From Macrostomum lignano (taxonomy: Eukaryota), in NCBI GenBank assembly GCA_002269645.1, contig NIVC01001739.1:179239-243238 (forward strand): a DNA stretch of 64,000 nt, given 5' to 3'. The translations under genes were made by a program, and so were the position numbers. Below, piece by piece: positions 18,301 to 40,029 of this stretch (within the stretch, counting starts at the first letter, position 1; each line of letters begins with the position of its first letter). The notes beneath the pieces are model-generated. The model saw only the letters and a program-made list of their open reading frames with translations, was not told the DNA's origin and did no database searches.

Positions 18301-19728
18301 CACGGCACACACGGCACTGCAGGACACACGGCACACACGGCACTGCAGGACACACGGCACACACGGCACTGCAGGACACACGGCACTGCAGGACACACGG
18401 CACACACGGCACTGCAGGACACACGGCACACACGGCACTGCAGGACACACGGCACTGCAGGACACACGGCACACACGGCACTGCAGGACACACGGCACTG
18501 CAGGACACACGGCACTGCAGGACACACGGCACTGCAGGAGACACGGCACTGCAGGACACACGGCACTGCAGGACACACGGCACACACGGCACTGCAGGAC
18601 ATACGGCACACACGGCACTGCAGGACACACGGCACACACGGCACTGCAGGACACACGGCACACACGGCACTGCAGGACACACGGCACACACGGCACTGCA
18701 GGACACACGGCACTGCAGGACACACGGCACACACGGCACTGCAGGACACACGGCACTGCAGGACACACGGCACACACGGCACTGCAGGACACACGGCACT
18801 GCAGGACACACGGCACTGCAGGACACACGGCACTGCAGGACACACGGCACTGCAGGACACACGGCACTGCAGGACACACGGCACTGCAGGACACACGGCA
18901 CTGCAGGAGACACGGCACTGCAGGACACAGGGCACTGCAGGACACACGGCACTGCAGGACACACGACACTGCAGGACACAGGGCACTGCAGGACACACGG
19001 CACTGCAGGACACACGGCACTGCAGGAGACACGGCACTGCAGGACACAGGGCACTTCAGGACACACGACACTGCAGGACACACGACACTGCAGGACACAC
19101 GGCACTGCAGGACACACGGCACTGCAGGACACACGGCACACACGGCACTGCAGGACACACAGCACTGCAGGACACACGGCACACACGGCACTGCAGGACA
19201 CACGGCACACACGGCACTGCAGGACACACGGCACACACGGCACTGCAGGACACATGGCACACACGGCACTGCAGGACACACGGCACACACGGCACTGCAG
19301 GACACACGGCACACACGGCACTGCAGGACACACGGCACTGCAGGACACACGGCACTGCAGGAGACACGGCACTGCAGGACACACGGCACTGCAGGACACA
19401 CGACACTGCAGGACACACGGCACTGCAGGACACACGGCACTGCAGGACACACGGCACTGCAGGACACACGGCACTTCAGGAGACACGGCACTGCAGGACA
19501 CACGACACTGCAGGACACACGGCACTTCAGGACACACGGCACTGCAGGACACACGGCACTTCAGGAGACACGGCACTGCAGGACACACGACACTGCAGGA
19601 CACACGACACTGCAGGACACACGGCACTGCAGGAGACACGGCACTGCAGGACACACGGCACTGCAGGACACACGGCACTGCAGGACACACGGCACTGCAG
19701 GACACACGGCACTGCAGGACACACGGCA
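12340..19728. repeat. 7.4-kb satellite array, 17-bp unit gcactgcaggacacacg with 9-bp (acacggcac) insertion variants and higher-order duplication
   Basis: Roughly 400 units, nearly all carrying CTGCAG. The consensus unit has no stop codon in any frame, which explains the six ORFs longer than 2200 aa. Confidence 0.99.
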
Positions 19729-19936
19729 GTAAGGCTTGACAAATTAAAACAAAGCGAAAGAGTCTCAGGCTCATAATAGGTTGCCTCAGCATGTGCAAGG
19801 AATTGCAATCCAACAACGCCTTTACTGAAGTACGAAGTACTCGTATATTGTGTTGTAGGTAGGGGCGTGGGACAGGCTGGAGAATGATGTTAAGTCCAAC
19901 AGGAAGCTGCAGGCAACAATGGGCCCTCGAAAATCT

Positions 19937-19942
19937 TTTATT
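19937..19942 (-). terminator. Probable polyadenylation signal AATAAA of the NPF gene
   Basis: tttatt on the plus strand, about 240 nt past the stop codon. Confidence 0.45.
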
Positions 19943-20183
19943 TGACAAAATAAGCCACTCCTGATTTTAATATACAAGTAAACTAAACATGTGTAGGCAA
20001 ACCCTTTGGGAACTTTCGCACCTGTGCCCGAATTTCACTTCAAGCGGGGCCATGTCTATTGTAGTAGGATAAAATTGGAGTGCCCAGTTTGTCAATCAAC
20101 ATCTGATCCATTCATTATACGATAGGCGCTGTCAGTCTCTGCCTGCCCGTCCCTCGGGTCCTCGCAGCAGGTCAAGCTGAAGC

Positions 20184-20665
20184 TTAGCGCCTCCTCTTGC
20201 CAAATCTGAAATTGGACCGTTAATTAATGCAGCAGTGAAACTTGCAATTTAATGATTGTCACGAAGCTTTATTTATCAATGTAGGAGGGAGAGAGTTGGG
20301 GGGCCAGGAGAAAAGGTTAGAAGGGATGGGGTAAAGGGAAGCGGCGCTTCTGGTGCTGGCAGCGTAGAAGAGGAATGGAGAGTTTAAGAAGGAAAATAGA
20401 TATTGAGACGGGAGATAAGATAGGGAATATAGAGGCAAGATAGACAGAGAGCTGGAATGCCGAAAGAAAGCAAGGGGATTAAACCAGGCGAGAGCAACTG
20501 AGGGGAACCTGCGGCTGAGATAATCGGCTTGAGAAGTTCGAGACAAACTGAGGGGGTGGTGGGACGCTCTTCAACAAAACTTCCTCGCCTCCCTCGTAAT
20601 GAGGATTAAATTCCCCAGAGAATCAGCCCTGGCTGGCTGCTAGCTAATTAAAAAGTTAGCAAAAT

Positions 20666-20724
<59 letters not shown>

Positions 20725-21400
20725 GGTGATTGCTATCGGAGCTGCGCTGATGAATCGGAAGAGCGGAAGGAGGGTTGCGGCGCCACCGCTGCGCCCGTTT
20801 TTAATGAAAAATTTCAAAATGAAAAATGAAAGGGGTGGCGGGGGCCGGCTACGCGATCTGAGGATCTGGGGTTTTGGAGGTTGGGAACTAAAGATCTATC
20901 ATGATTCTGGCGTCTGGTACGAGTATGGGGCTTAAGGATCTTGGATATGCGATCTGAGGAACTTGATGATGGGTCTGAGGATCTGGGGATCTGAGGATCT
21001 GGAGATCTGAGAATCTGGGGATCTGAGGATCTGGGGATCTGAGGATCTGGGGATCTGAGGATCTGAGGATCTGGGGATCTGGGGATCTGAGGATCTGGGG
21101 ATCTGAGGATCTGGTGAACTGAGATCTGGGGGTCTGAGGATCTTACCTGGGCCGGCTGACCATGGCATAGTACACCTGTAGCCTGTCCAGATAATCCTTC
21201 AAGGCTGCCTCGGATTCGAAGTCGCCGTTATCGCCGGTGGTGGCTCCGCCATCTCCCAGCTCCCTAGCCCTGTCTGAGTCCACAGCCGACTGCAGCAGTT
21301 CGGCCACTGCGGCTCGCGGCCTGGCTTCAACTTGCTGCACCAGGCAGCAAGCGACCGCGGCGAAGGTGACGGCGAGGACAAGCAGTGCGACACTCTTCAT
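20184..21400 (-). CDS. npf: Neuropeptide F / NPY-family precursor (91 aa)
   Basis: Exon 21147-21400: signal peptide MKSVALLVLAVTFAAVACCLVQQVEA, then ...DFESEAALKDYLDRLQVYYAMVSRP-AG|gtaag. Exon 20184-20205: ttcag|A TTT GGC AAG AGG AGG CGC TAA, giving RPRF-GKRRR. The phase-2 intron in the Arg codon before the amidated Phe is the conserved NPY/NPF intron position. Confidence 0.95.
20668..20722. repeat. (GA)n microsatellite in the NPF intron
   Basis: Direct reading. Confidence 0.97.
20930..21142. repeat. Short-unit tandem repeat (gaggatctggggatct) abutting the NPF donor site
   Basis: Direct reading. Confidence 0.9.
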
Positions 21401-21500
21401 GGCTCAGATTGTTTGCTTGGCCTGTTGTTGGCTTCGTTAGTTCGTATAGAATATTCTTCTGGCGTCTCGGCAAGCGAGGGAGATCCGCGACTGCGACGCA

Positions 21501-21554
21501 TTTATAGCCGCGGCTCCGAGACGGGGCCTCTGGGCGGGGATGTCCGGTGATTGG
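21501..21554 (-). promoter_or_regulatory. NPF core promoter: TATAAA (21501-21506) and CCAAT (21550-21554)
   Basis: Minus strand reads gccaatc...ccgcggcTATAAAtgcg about 100 nt upstream of the ATG, within a GC-rich patch. Confidence 0.65.
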
Positions 21555-21619
21555 CTGGCTGGGGGAATGCGTCTCCTCAGTAGGGCTTGGAATGATTTTA
21601 AGGAGGAATAACACGTTGG

Positions 21620-22770
21620 AGAGTGACACAGGAGTGACACGCATTTAAGACATGGAGTGACACACTGGAGAATTAGAGTGACACACTTTGAAGACAGGGA
21701 GTGACACATTGGAGACAGGGAGTGACATACTGGAGACAGGGAGTGACACATTGGAGACAGGGAGTGACATACTGGAGACAGGGAGTGACACATTGGAGAC
21801 AGGGAGTGACATACTGGAGACAGGGAGTGACACATTGGAGACAGGGAGTGACATACTGGAGACAGGGAGTGACACATTAAAGACAGGGAGTGACACACAT
21901 TGAAGATAAGGAGTGACACACATTTTAGACAGGGAAGTGACATTAATAGGAGACGGAGAGTGACACATGGAAGACAGAGAGTGACACAGGGAGTGACGCA
22001 CATTGGAGACGCGGGTGTCACACAGGAGACAGGGAGTGACACATTGAAGACGGAGTGACATATCAAAGACAGGAAGAGACACGTTGGAGACAGGGAGTGA
22101 AACTCATAGGAGACAGGGAGTGACACATCAAAGACAGGAAGAGACACATTGGAGACAGGGAGTGACACATTGAAGACAGGGAGTGACACATTGAAGACAG
22201 GGAGTGACACACATTGAAGATAAGAAGTGACACACATTGAAGATAAGAAGTGACACACATTGAAGACAGGGAGTGACACACATTGAAGATAAGAAGTGAC
22301 ACACATTGAAGATAAGAAGTGACACACATTGAAGACAGGGAGTGACACACATTGAAGACAGGGAGTGACACACATTGAAGACAGGGAGTGACACACATTG
22401 AAGATAAGAAGTGACACACATTGAAGACAGGGAGTGACACACATTGAAGACAGGGAGTGACACACATTGAAGATAAGAAGTGACACACATTGAAGACAGG
22501 GAGTGACACACATTGAAGATAAGAAGTGACACACATTGAAGACAGGGAGTGACACACATTGAAGATAAGAAGTGACACACATTGAATACAGGGAGTGATA
22601 CACTGGAGATATTGAGTGAAACACATTTTAGACAGGGAAGTGACACAAATACGAGACGGGGAGTGACACATGGAAGACATAGAGTGACACAGGGAGTGAC
22701 GCACATTGGAGACGCAGGCGTCACACAGGAGACGGAGTGACACAATAGAGAAACAGAAGTGTGACATGGG
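21620..22770. repeat. 21-23 bp minisatellite (ggagacagggagtgacacatt / gagtgacacacattgaagacagg) upstream of the NPF promoter
   Basis: Direct reading; the block at ~21900-22040 recurs at ~22610-22745. Confidence 0.95.
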
Positions 22771-23339
22771 AAACTGAGGTGTTCAGAGACAGCAATGGCC
22801 CGAAGGAGAATGGATCTGAATTCATCAATTCATTTGCAATGTTGCTTTGGCTATAAAAAGCTCAGAAGCGATTAGTCAGTTCCATTTCGATGTTATTGCA
22901 TTATCTATACAAGGTGCTAATTGATTTAGCCATTGTCAAATATGCTTTGTTAGCATATCTGCAGTATTAGGGGCAGTACTGCGTAGTTATTGCCCAAAAT
23001 TATCAGGTGCAAAGTGAAATCCATTACAGTGGCAGAATCTCATTGCAGATGGTTAGGTTTTTATGCTTCGGGTTGTCAATGTAAACAGACTGCACAGCGC
23101 GGGTGGACAGAGTTAAATGAGTTTTTTTGCATTCGCTTGAAATTTTCATCAGTTGGTTTCCATAAGGTTTCTTCGGTGACCATATTAAACATATTGCTCA
23201 TTAGTGAAGTATTGATTAATTGCTTGTTGACTGATTGACACCTGCGGGACTGCCTGTTGCTGTTTGGCCAATCCCAATGTACTTTTATATACTTCAGGTG
23301 CTCTTATGGATTTCTACAATAATTAACTTCAGCGCGAAT

Positions 23340-23890
23340 TGTGTCTTTTCGGTGCCGGATTGTGTCTTTTGGGTGCCGAATTGTGTCTCATCGGTGCCAA
23401 ATAGTGTCTTATCGGTGCAAAATAGTGTCTTATCGGTGCAAAATAGTGTCTTATCGGTGCAAAATAGTGTCTTATCGGTGCAAAATAGTGTCTTATCGGT
23501 GCCGAATTGTGTATTTTGAGTGCTAAATTGTGTCTTTTGAGTGAAAAATTGTCTTTTGAGTGCTAAATTGTGTCTTTTGAGTGAAAAATTGTCTTTTGAG
23601 TGCTGAATTGTGTCTTTTGAGTGAAAAATTGTCTTTTGAGTGCTGAATTGTGTCTTTTGAGTGAAAAAATTGTCTTTTGAGTGCTGAATTGTGTCTTTTG
23701 GGTGCCAAATTGTGTCTTATCGGTGTCGAATTGTGTCTTATCGGTGTCGAATTGTGTCTTATCGGTGTCGAATTGTGTCTTATCGGAGTCGAATTGTGTC
23801 TTATCGGTGTCGAATTGTGTCTTATCGGTGTCGAATTGTGTCTTATCGGTGTCGAATTGTGTCTTATCGGTGCCAAATTGTGTCTTATCA
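23340..23890. repeat. 21-bp minisatellite (aattgtgtcttatcggtgtcg) plus a related ttttgagtg sub-array
   Basis: Direct reading. Confidence 0.93.
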
Positions 23891-24344
23891 GTCGCAAGTG
23901 CAGGTTGGTCGGAAATGAAATTATTCTGACTCATAGATGACCACTGGACTGTGACAGTAACCAGCTTAGCTTAGAAATGTTTACTCTGCAGACCATAGCA
24001 GTCAAAACAATTTTTTCTTACTCAGTATACGAGTCATTAGAAAACGCCTAACTTGAAACAAAAACAAAATGCTTCGTACCTTGACTGGTAAGTCAAAGAA
24101 GACAGGCAGAATTGCTGGCACAGAGAGTGGATCTAGCAGCAGGCTGGGGGTGGTTAAACACACATCTCATTGTGCCATGGACTGCTTGTTTACTGGGGTT
24201 TAACAGGAACGGAAGGGCGCAGAGGTCACGAATGGAGCAGTGTACATTGGTTACTAATAAAAGCCTAATTCTCTCTGAGTTGAAGACTAAGAAATGAAAT
24301 CCAGATTGCTTAAAACTTGACAAAAAATTGTTTTATCTATCAAA

Positions 24345-34317
<9,973 letters not shown>

Positions 34318-34472
34318 GGATGCAGGTGCACTGATGCGGCAGCTGAGAGTCTGATTCCAGCAGTTTTTACAACCAATATGAGTGCTTTTGAGTGTATATT
34401 TTATTCACTATGTTGTTTTTGTATAAAATAGATTAACTTCGATCAATATGCGAGCGTAGGTCAAAGCTTTAA

Positions 34473-37400
34473 CCTCCAAAAGTCTGATGGTAAGCACTGC
34501 TTACCATGCGCACACCCTAGTTTCAGTCTAGGCAGAAGTCAGATGATTCAGATCAAATATAATCTATGGTAAAATTCACACTCCGTTCCGGTCGGCTATG
34601 GTAAGCAGAACTTTTAGAACGATAGCTTCCCTGATTTTTTTACTCGTAGTTTAGATCTCTTTCTCAAACAAAATAACCAACAGACGGTACAAAAATTTCA
34701 GCTTCCTTGAAATACAACTGTATACAGTAAGATCAGTTTTCGTTTATATAAATTTGATGTATATTTTTGCTGAGTGAGAAAACAATTGAGTAAGAATAAA
34801 TTGAGTATCACCGTACGCGTAAGTTAATTAAAATTTTCTGAAGAGAAACAATCTACTCGTACCAGCGTATGATGCAAACATGAAAACTGGGACATGAAAA
34901 ATGTCAGCAGAACAGAGGCGGATGCAGATTTTTTTGACCCAGGAAATTATTAAGTAGTGCAGAATTTTTGTACCTAGGAGGCGGCAGCTAAGGGAAAAGA
35001 CACAACAAAGGCGAGCTGCGCAGCTGGGGGCGCCACAGATGTATGTTGTTTGGGGGGCAGTTGCCCTCTTTGCCCCCGCATAAACCCGTATTTGGAGCAG
35101 GACAGAATTGATAACAGAAAAAGTAAATGTTATTTAATTACTATCACTTGTTTCTTAGATCTTTAAAGATGTTTTATCACGAAGTATACAAACGATTCGT
35201 TTTTGGCATTCATTCAAACAATTCTTATGGCGCATTCTCAGCAACTCGAGATGTTAGCGCCGCTAGTATTCTGAATTAATTTTTAATTATAGTCTCAGAA
35301 AGAAGAAGCTAACTGAGAGAAACCCATTTCCTCAATTTTCTTTCAGGCACACGTATAGAAGGGAATATAGCAGGAAATATTCTTCCAGCATGCGTGCACT
35401 GGGAACAAAAACTGTCAAGAATTCAAGAATGCCATTGCTGAAAGCAGGTCTCCAGACACAGTCCTGGTTCACCTGGACACGCAGGGCAGCAGTAAATTGA
35501 TCGTTTGATTCTTTCAGCTCGGTAGCAGACGCGACACCGCTTAGTTGGCCTTGGCTGACTTTCTCGGGCCGCAATTCGCATTGGGAAATGCGGGCTGACT
35601 TGGCCGAAGGCTTGAGCTGCAGCGGCTGCTCGCCTTCTGCTCATCCCAGTGCTCTGCACGAATTCACGAATGCTGGCTTCCAGAAACTTAACGAACACCT
35701 TTCGGCCGCCGCACTTACAGTATACAATCCAAGCATTTCGGACCATCTGCAAGCACAGGTGCAAACCAAGTTTCAAAAACCATTTTCTGATTTTCCGAGC
35801 AGGCTGGTAGGGCTGCATGTGGCCGTCCATTCGATCGACGTCGCCCATGCAGCGGTTGTAACTCAAAGCTGAGCGGCACTTCTGCACTGCAGCCGCTGCT
35901 CCACCTCGGGCGATTCGTCGGACTGGAACTTTTGATGCTGCCTCCTTTGTGTCCAGCAAATACAACGTTTTTAGACCGCTTTCCTTTCTTTCAACAATCT
36001 TTGCGGCCAGTACGGCACCCTTGCGCATGAAGCCGACATCATTGGGCGGCACATTTAACTGCCTGAGCTCAATCGGCACGCCTCGGTCAGCTCGTATGGT
36101 GCAAGTCAGATGAGTATCTCGATCCAGGAGGTACATAGCCAACCGATAAGAACCAAACCACTTGTCGGCAAAAATGCGGTAGCCTTGGTCCAACAGATCT
36201 TGGCAAAGCTCGACAACAATTTTTTCGCTGAATGACAGGTTTCCGCTTTGTGGATCTAAAGCAAATCTACGATTCTCCTCCGGAGTAGCATGAACTCGAA
36301 AGTTGAACAAGTAGCCTGTTTCAGACTCACAAGCACAGTACACCTTGATGCCATACCTGGCGCGCTTAGTTGGAATGTATTGCTTGAAGCCTAATCGTCC
36401 TTTGTAAAGAACCAACGATTCGTCAACACTTATTTCTTCGTCAGGTCTGTAGATGTTCACGCAGGTGTCACGCAAATTGTTCAAAAATGGACGAATATTG
36501 TACAACGGATCACCAGGTGTGGGATCCTCAAGGCAATCATAAAAGCGAAGAAAGCCGAGCAATTGCTTGAAGCGGTCTCTAGAGAGCGCCTCAGGTGCTT
36601 GAAAGTATGGTGTCGAGTGGTAGCTGCCAGTACTCCAGTAGTCATTCATCTCAGTCTTCTTGTTGCTTCCCATGTACAGGTACATGCCAATCAACTTCTT
36701 GACTTCGTTTGCGCTACATTCGTTCCACTGTAACAAACTCACAGGCAGGTCATCAGCATCCAATGAATGAATTGCTGCCCAAGCTCTACGGTTAGTCCAC
36801 ATAGCTAGATCTTCAAACAACGAATCAGACAGGAATAAACCTAAGAAGAAGGAAGTTGAGTTCTCAACATCGGCAGGCACTATTATTCCAGGATTCAGGC
36901 CAGGTGTTCCGAAAAACTCGATATCTCTCGTCGATGCGTCGTTCCCAACGATAGCAGGCCGCCACGACAACTCATCAGCAACCTGTACGTCCTCATCAAC
37001 ACTGTCCAGAACATCTGACTCACCAGAAGAATCATCTGATAAGAGGTAGTCCTCGTCGTCCGATGTCATGAGTTCAGAAATTTCGTCCACTTGGGCCATT
37101 TCAAAGCTCTTTGAGAACTGATTTTAGTATTCGGCTTAAACCAGACTGAGACAGATAAAGTATAGGAAACGAAAACTTAAGGAGTCAAAGAACCACTGTA
37201 GTATAAAGCACGACTGAATAAGCTGTCAAAAAGCTAGACGAGTAAGGAGATGGATCAGCTTCTCTGTTTGAACTGACTGGGGCTAGGAAAAGAACGTTTC
37301 TTATACTGTTCGTGTTGCCCTTTCCTCTTGTACAGGGACCAGTGTGCTTTCAGTCTAGAAACAGGCTACTTAAATGTACATTTTTGCTTATTTTTCTACC

Positions 37401-37563
37401 CCAGCCGACTGAATGTCTATTGATAAGCATTGCTTACCATGCCGACCGGAACGGAGAGAAAAAATATCTATGGCTCAGTCAGAAGCCAAATAGTCTATGG
37501 TAAGCACTGCTTACCATCCGACTGGAACGGAGATGAAAAATTTTGGGCCCAGTCTTGAAGAGG
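34473..37563 (-). mobile_element. piggyBac-family DNA transposon, 3091 bp
   Basis: TTAA at 34469-34472 and 37564-37567. Ends CCTCCAAAAGTCTG and revcomp CCTCTTCAAGACTG (10/14 match). Subterminal inverted repeats ctccgttccggtcggc(t)atggtaagca and 21-bp palindromes at both ends; contains the transposase ORF. Confidence 0.9.
35423..37099 (-). CDS. piggyBac transposase (558 aa, intact)
   Basis: Acidic N-terminus, ALSRDRF, SVDESLV (D1), KRARYGIK, FADKWF (D2), GDVDRMD (D3) and a C-terminal Cys-rich domain CRVC..CPAC..LC..CF..WH. Confidence 0.95.
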   Translation of the reverse strand: MAQVDEISELMTSDDEDYLLSDDSSGESDVLDSVDEDVQVADELSWRPAIVGNDASTRDIEFFGTPGLNPGIIVPADVENSTSFFLGLFLSDSLFEDLAMWTNRRAWAAIHSLDADDLPVSLLQWNECSANEVKKLIGMYLYMGSNKKTEMNDYWSTGSYHSTPYFQAPEALSRDRFKQLLGFLRFYDCLEDPTPGDPLYNIRPFLNNLRDTCVNIYRPDEEISVDESLVLYKGRLGFKQYIPTKRARYGIKVYCACESETGYLFNFRVHATPEENRRFALDPQSGNLSFSEKIVVELCQDLLDQGYRIFADKWFGSYRLAMYLLDRDTHLTCTIRADRGVPIELRQLNVPPNDVGFMRKGAVLAAKIVERKESGLKTLYLLDTKEAASKVPVRRIARGGAAAAVQKCRSALSYNRCMGDVDRMDGHMQPYQPARKIRKWFLKLGLHLCLQMVRNAWIVYCKCGGRKVFVKFLEASIREFVQSTGMSRRRAAAAAQAFGQVSPHFPMRIAARESQPRPTKRCRVCYRAERIKRSIYCCPACPGEPGLCLETCFQQWHS

Positions 37564-37659
37564 TTAACGAGCGGAAATGCATACCGTAAGAATCTGCATC
37601 ACTGTTCCCGAAATTTGGTTTTTTGCAATTCGTTTCCTCCTTCGATGTGCACTGGGTCA

Positions 37660-39680
37660 CGCAGTTATTGGGTCATAGAGCTAGTGGGTCATGCAGTTAT
37701 TGGGTCATAGAGCTTGTGGGTCATGCAGTTACTGGGTCATAGAGCTAGTGGGTCATGCAGTTATTGGGTCATAGAGCTTGTGGGTCATGCAGTTATTGGG
37801 TCATAGAGCTAGTGGGTCATGCAGTTATTGGGTCATAGAGCTAGTGGGTTATGGACTATAGTGGGTCATGGACTATAGTAGGTCATATAGACAAGTGGTT
37901 CATGGACTATAGTGGGTCCTGGACTATGATGGGCCATGGACTATAGTGGGTCAGAGACTAGTGGGTCGTGCAGTTATTGGGTCATAGAGCTAGAGGTTCA
38001 TGGACTAGTGGGTCATGAAGTTATTGGGTCATAGAGCTAGTGGGTCATGCAGTTATTGGGTCATAGAGCTTGTGGGTCATGCAGTTATTGGGTCATAGAG
38101 CTAGTGGGTCATGCAGTTATTGGGTCATAGAGCTAGTGGGTCATGGACTATAGTGGGTCATGGACTATAGTAGGTCATGGACTATAATGGGCCATGGACT
38201 ATAGTGGGTCATGGACTATAGTAGGTCATATAGACAAGTGGGTCATGGACTATAGTGGGTCAGAGACTAGTGGGTCGTGCAGTTATTGGGTCATAAAGCT
38301 AGTGGGTCATGCAGTTATTGGGTCATAGTTGTAGTGGGCCATGGACTAGTGGGTCATGCAGTTATTGGGCCATAAATGTGCAATCGTGTCCTTTTTAGCC
38401 CTACTGCCGCACCCCGACCCTTCCAGTCTGCCCCACCCTTTTTTTTCTCCATCAGTAATCAATGCGTACGCCACCTTGCACCTCACCCCCCATACCGTAC
38501 ATTTGTTCTTAAGTTATATTCATGTACGCGTAGGACAAGTGAAAAATATATACTGAATGGCCTGACGGCAGTCAGCATCGCGAGTCGGCCTCATGCTGAA
38601 CGCGCGGAAGACGGTAGCGGACAACGCCGAGACCTGGACCCTGACGGCGCTTTGGAGAAGCAGCTGGACGCTGCGCATGCATACGTGCTCTACACGAGGG
38701 CACGCCTGATGCGGCCTTCTGACCTGCTGCTCGAGCGGCGACTTCGACTGGCTGGCCACGTCATCCGGTCGGAGGCTCGCTGCCCTGAGCCCCCCTGTAC
38801 GAGGTGCTGCTGCTCAAGCTGCAGGGACCGCGCAGGCGAGGCCAAGGGCGAACGGCGAGATTTCTGACAGGCTTTTGACCGATGCTGGCGCCCCGGACCA
38901 AGCTGGAGGTGTGACTTTCTGAGGCCTATGGCCCAGAGACGCGCTTTCTGACTTCTCCCCCCTTTCTGGCCACTGTGTGGCTGGCGGGGTGAAGAACTTT
39001 GTTGTTGTTGTTGTTGTATATAATGAAGTCGCTGCCTGGTGGGCAGCCCCCTCCCCTTGCTTGCGTTTGGTCCGCCCCCGTTGGCTATTGAGCAAAACTA
39101 AGTACTCGTCTACCATGAAAAGTGCACAGCGAATTGCATCGGCTTTGTTCGTGAGCTGCTGTTCTTTTCCTGCTTCTCCCTAGGGCGCGGGACGTGAGCC
39201 TTGACTGGGGACCTGGCGGGTCGCAGCTTCCCACGAGTTAGGCTGCCGGCGTCGCTCCGAAGGGGGGCAGAACAACGCCTAGAGCTAGTGGGTCATGGAC
39301 TAGTGGGTCATGAAGTTATTGGTTCATAGAGCTAGTGGGTCATGGACTAGTGGGTCATGCAGTTATTGGTTCATAGAGCTAGTGGGTCATGGACTAGTGG
39401 GTCAAAGAATATTTGGTCATAGACTAGGGGGTCATAGAGCTAGTGGGTCATGGACTAGTGGGTCAAAGAATATTTGGTCATAGACTAGGGGGTCATAGAA
39501 TAGTGGGTCATGGACCAGTTGGTCATAGAATAGCGGGTCATGGACTAGTTGGTCATAGAATAGTGGGTCATGGACTAGTTGGTCATAGAATAGCGGGTCA
39601 TGGACTAGTTGGTCATAGAATAGTGGGTCATGGACTAGTTGGTCATAGAATAGTGGGTCATGGACTAGTTGGTCATAGTA
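37660..39680. repeat. gggtcat-core minisatellite (16/32-bp units 37660-38365; 16/30-bp units 39280-39680) split by a 0.9-kb non-repeat island
   Basis: Direct reading. Confidence 0.92.
38558..39016 (+). mobile_element. 5'-truncated, decayed RTE-like non-LTR retrotransposon fragment
   Basis: Translates to ERRLRLAGHVIRS and, in another frame, GPRRRGQGR (post-RT C-terminal motifs of RTE-like LINEs). Ends in a (GTT)n tail; flanked by TATATA[C/A]TGAA at 38547-38557 and 39017-39027 (11-bp TSD, 1 mismatch). Confidence 0.7.
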
Positions 39681-40029
39681 CAAGGGAATCCAAGAGCTCG
39701 AGTTTATTTCGTATATTTACTAAGACAAATTGGAATAATTATTTTTATGCTTCGTGAATTTAAATAATCAGCAAAATAGTTTTCAATAATACATGTATAT
39801 TTTATTGAGCTTTAAATATTAGTAAAATATGGCAAAATTATAGCATAATAAATCAACTTCTGCAGAAATTCTTGCATGATAAACAGACACATTAAAATTG
39901 TCACTAATAATCAACGTTTGGTAAAATAACTGCAATAAATCCGAATGAAATAAAAGTATTGATTAGTTGTTACTGTAAAATTTATTTGTTATAGTGCGAA
40001 AATTAATTCAGGACCCACTCACATCTAAC

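Noticed and set aside
12153-19874. 12-bp direct repeat GGGCGTGGGACA on both sides of the big satellite as a TSD
   Set aside because: The copies (12153-12164, 19863-19874) lie 130-180 bp away from the array edges and no element ends are visible; may be chance or a GC-box.
12146-19948. Six ORFs of 2267-2539 aa as a giant His- or Cys-rich protein
   Set aside because: The 17-bp unit is not a multiple of 3 and its consensus has no stops on either strand; all frames give the same rotated repeat, and there is no signal peptide or domain.
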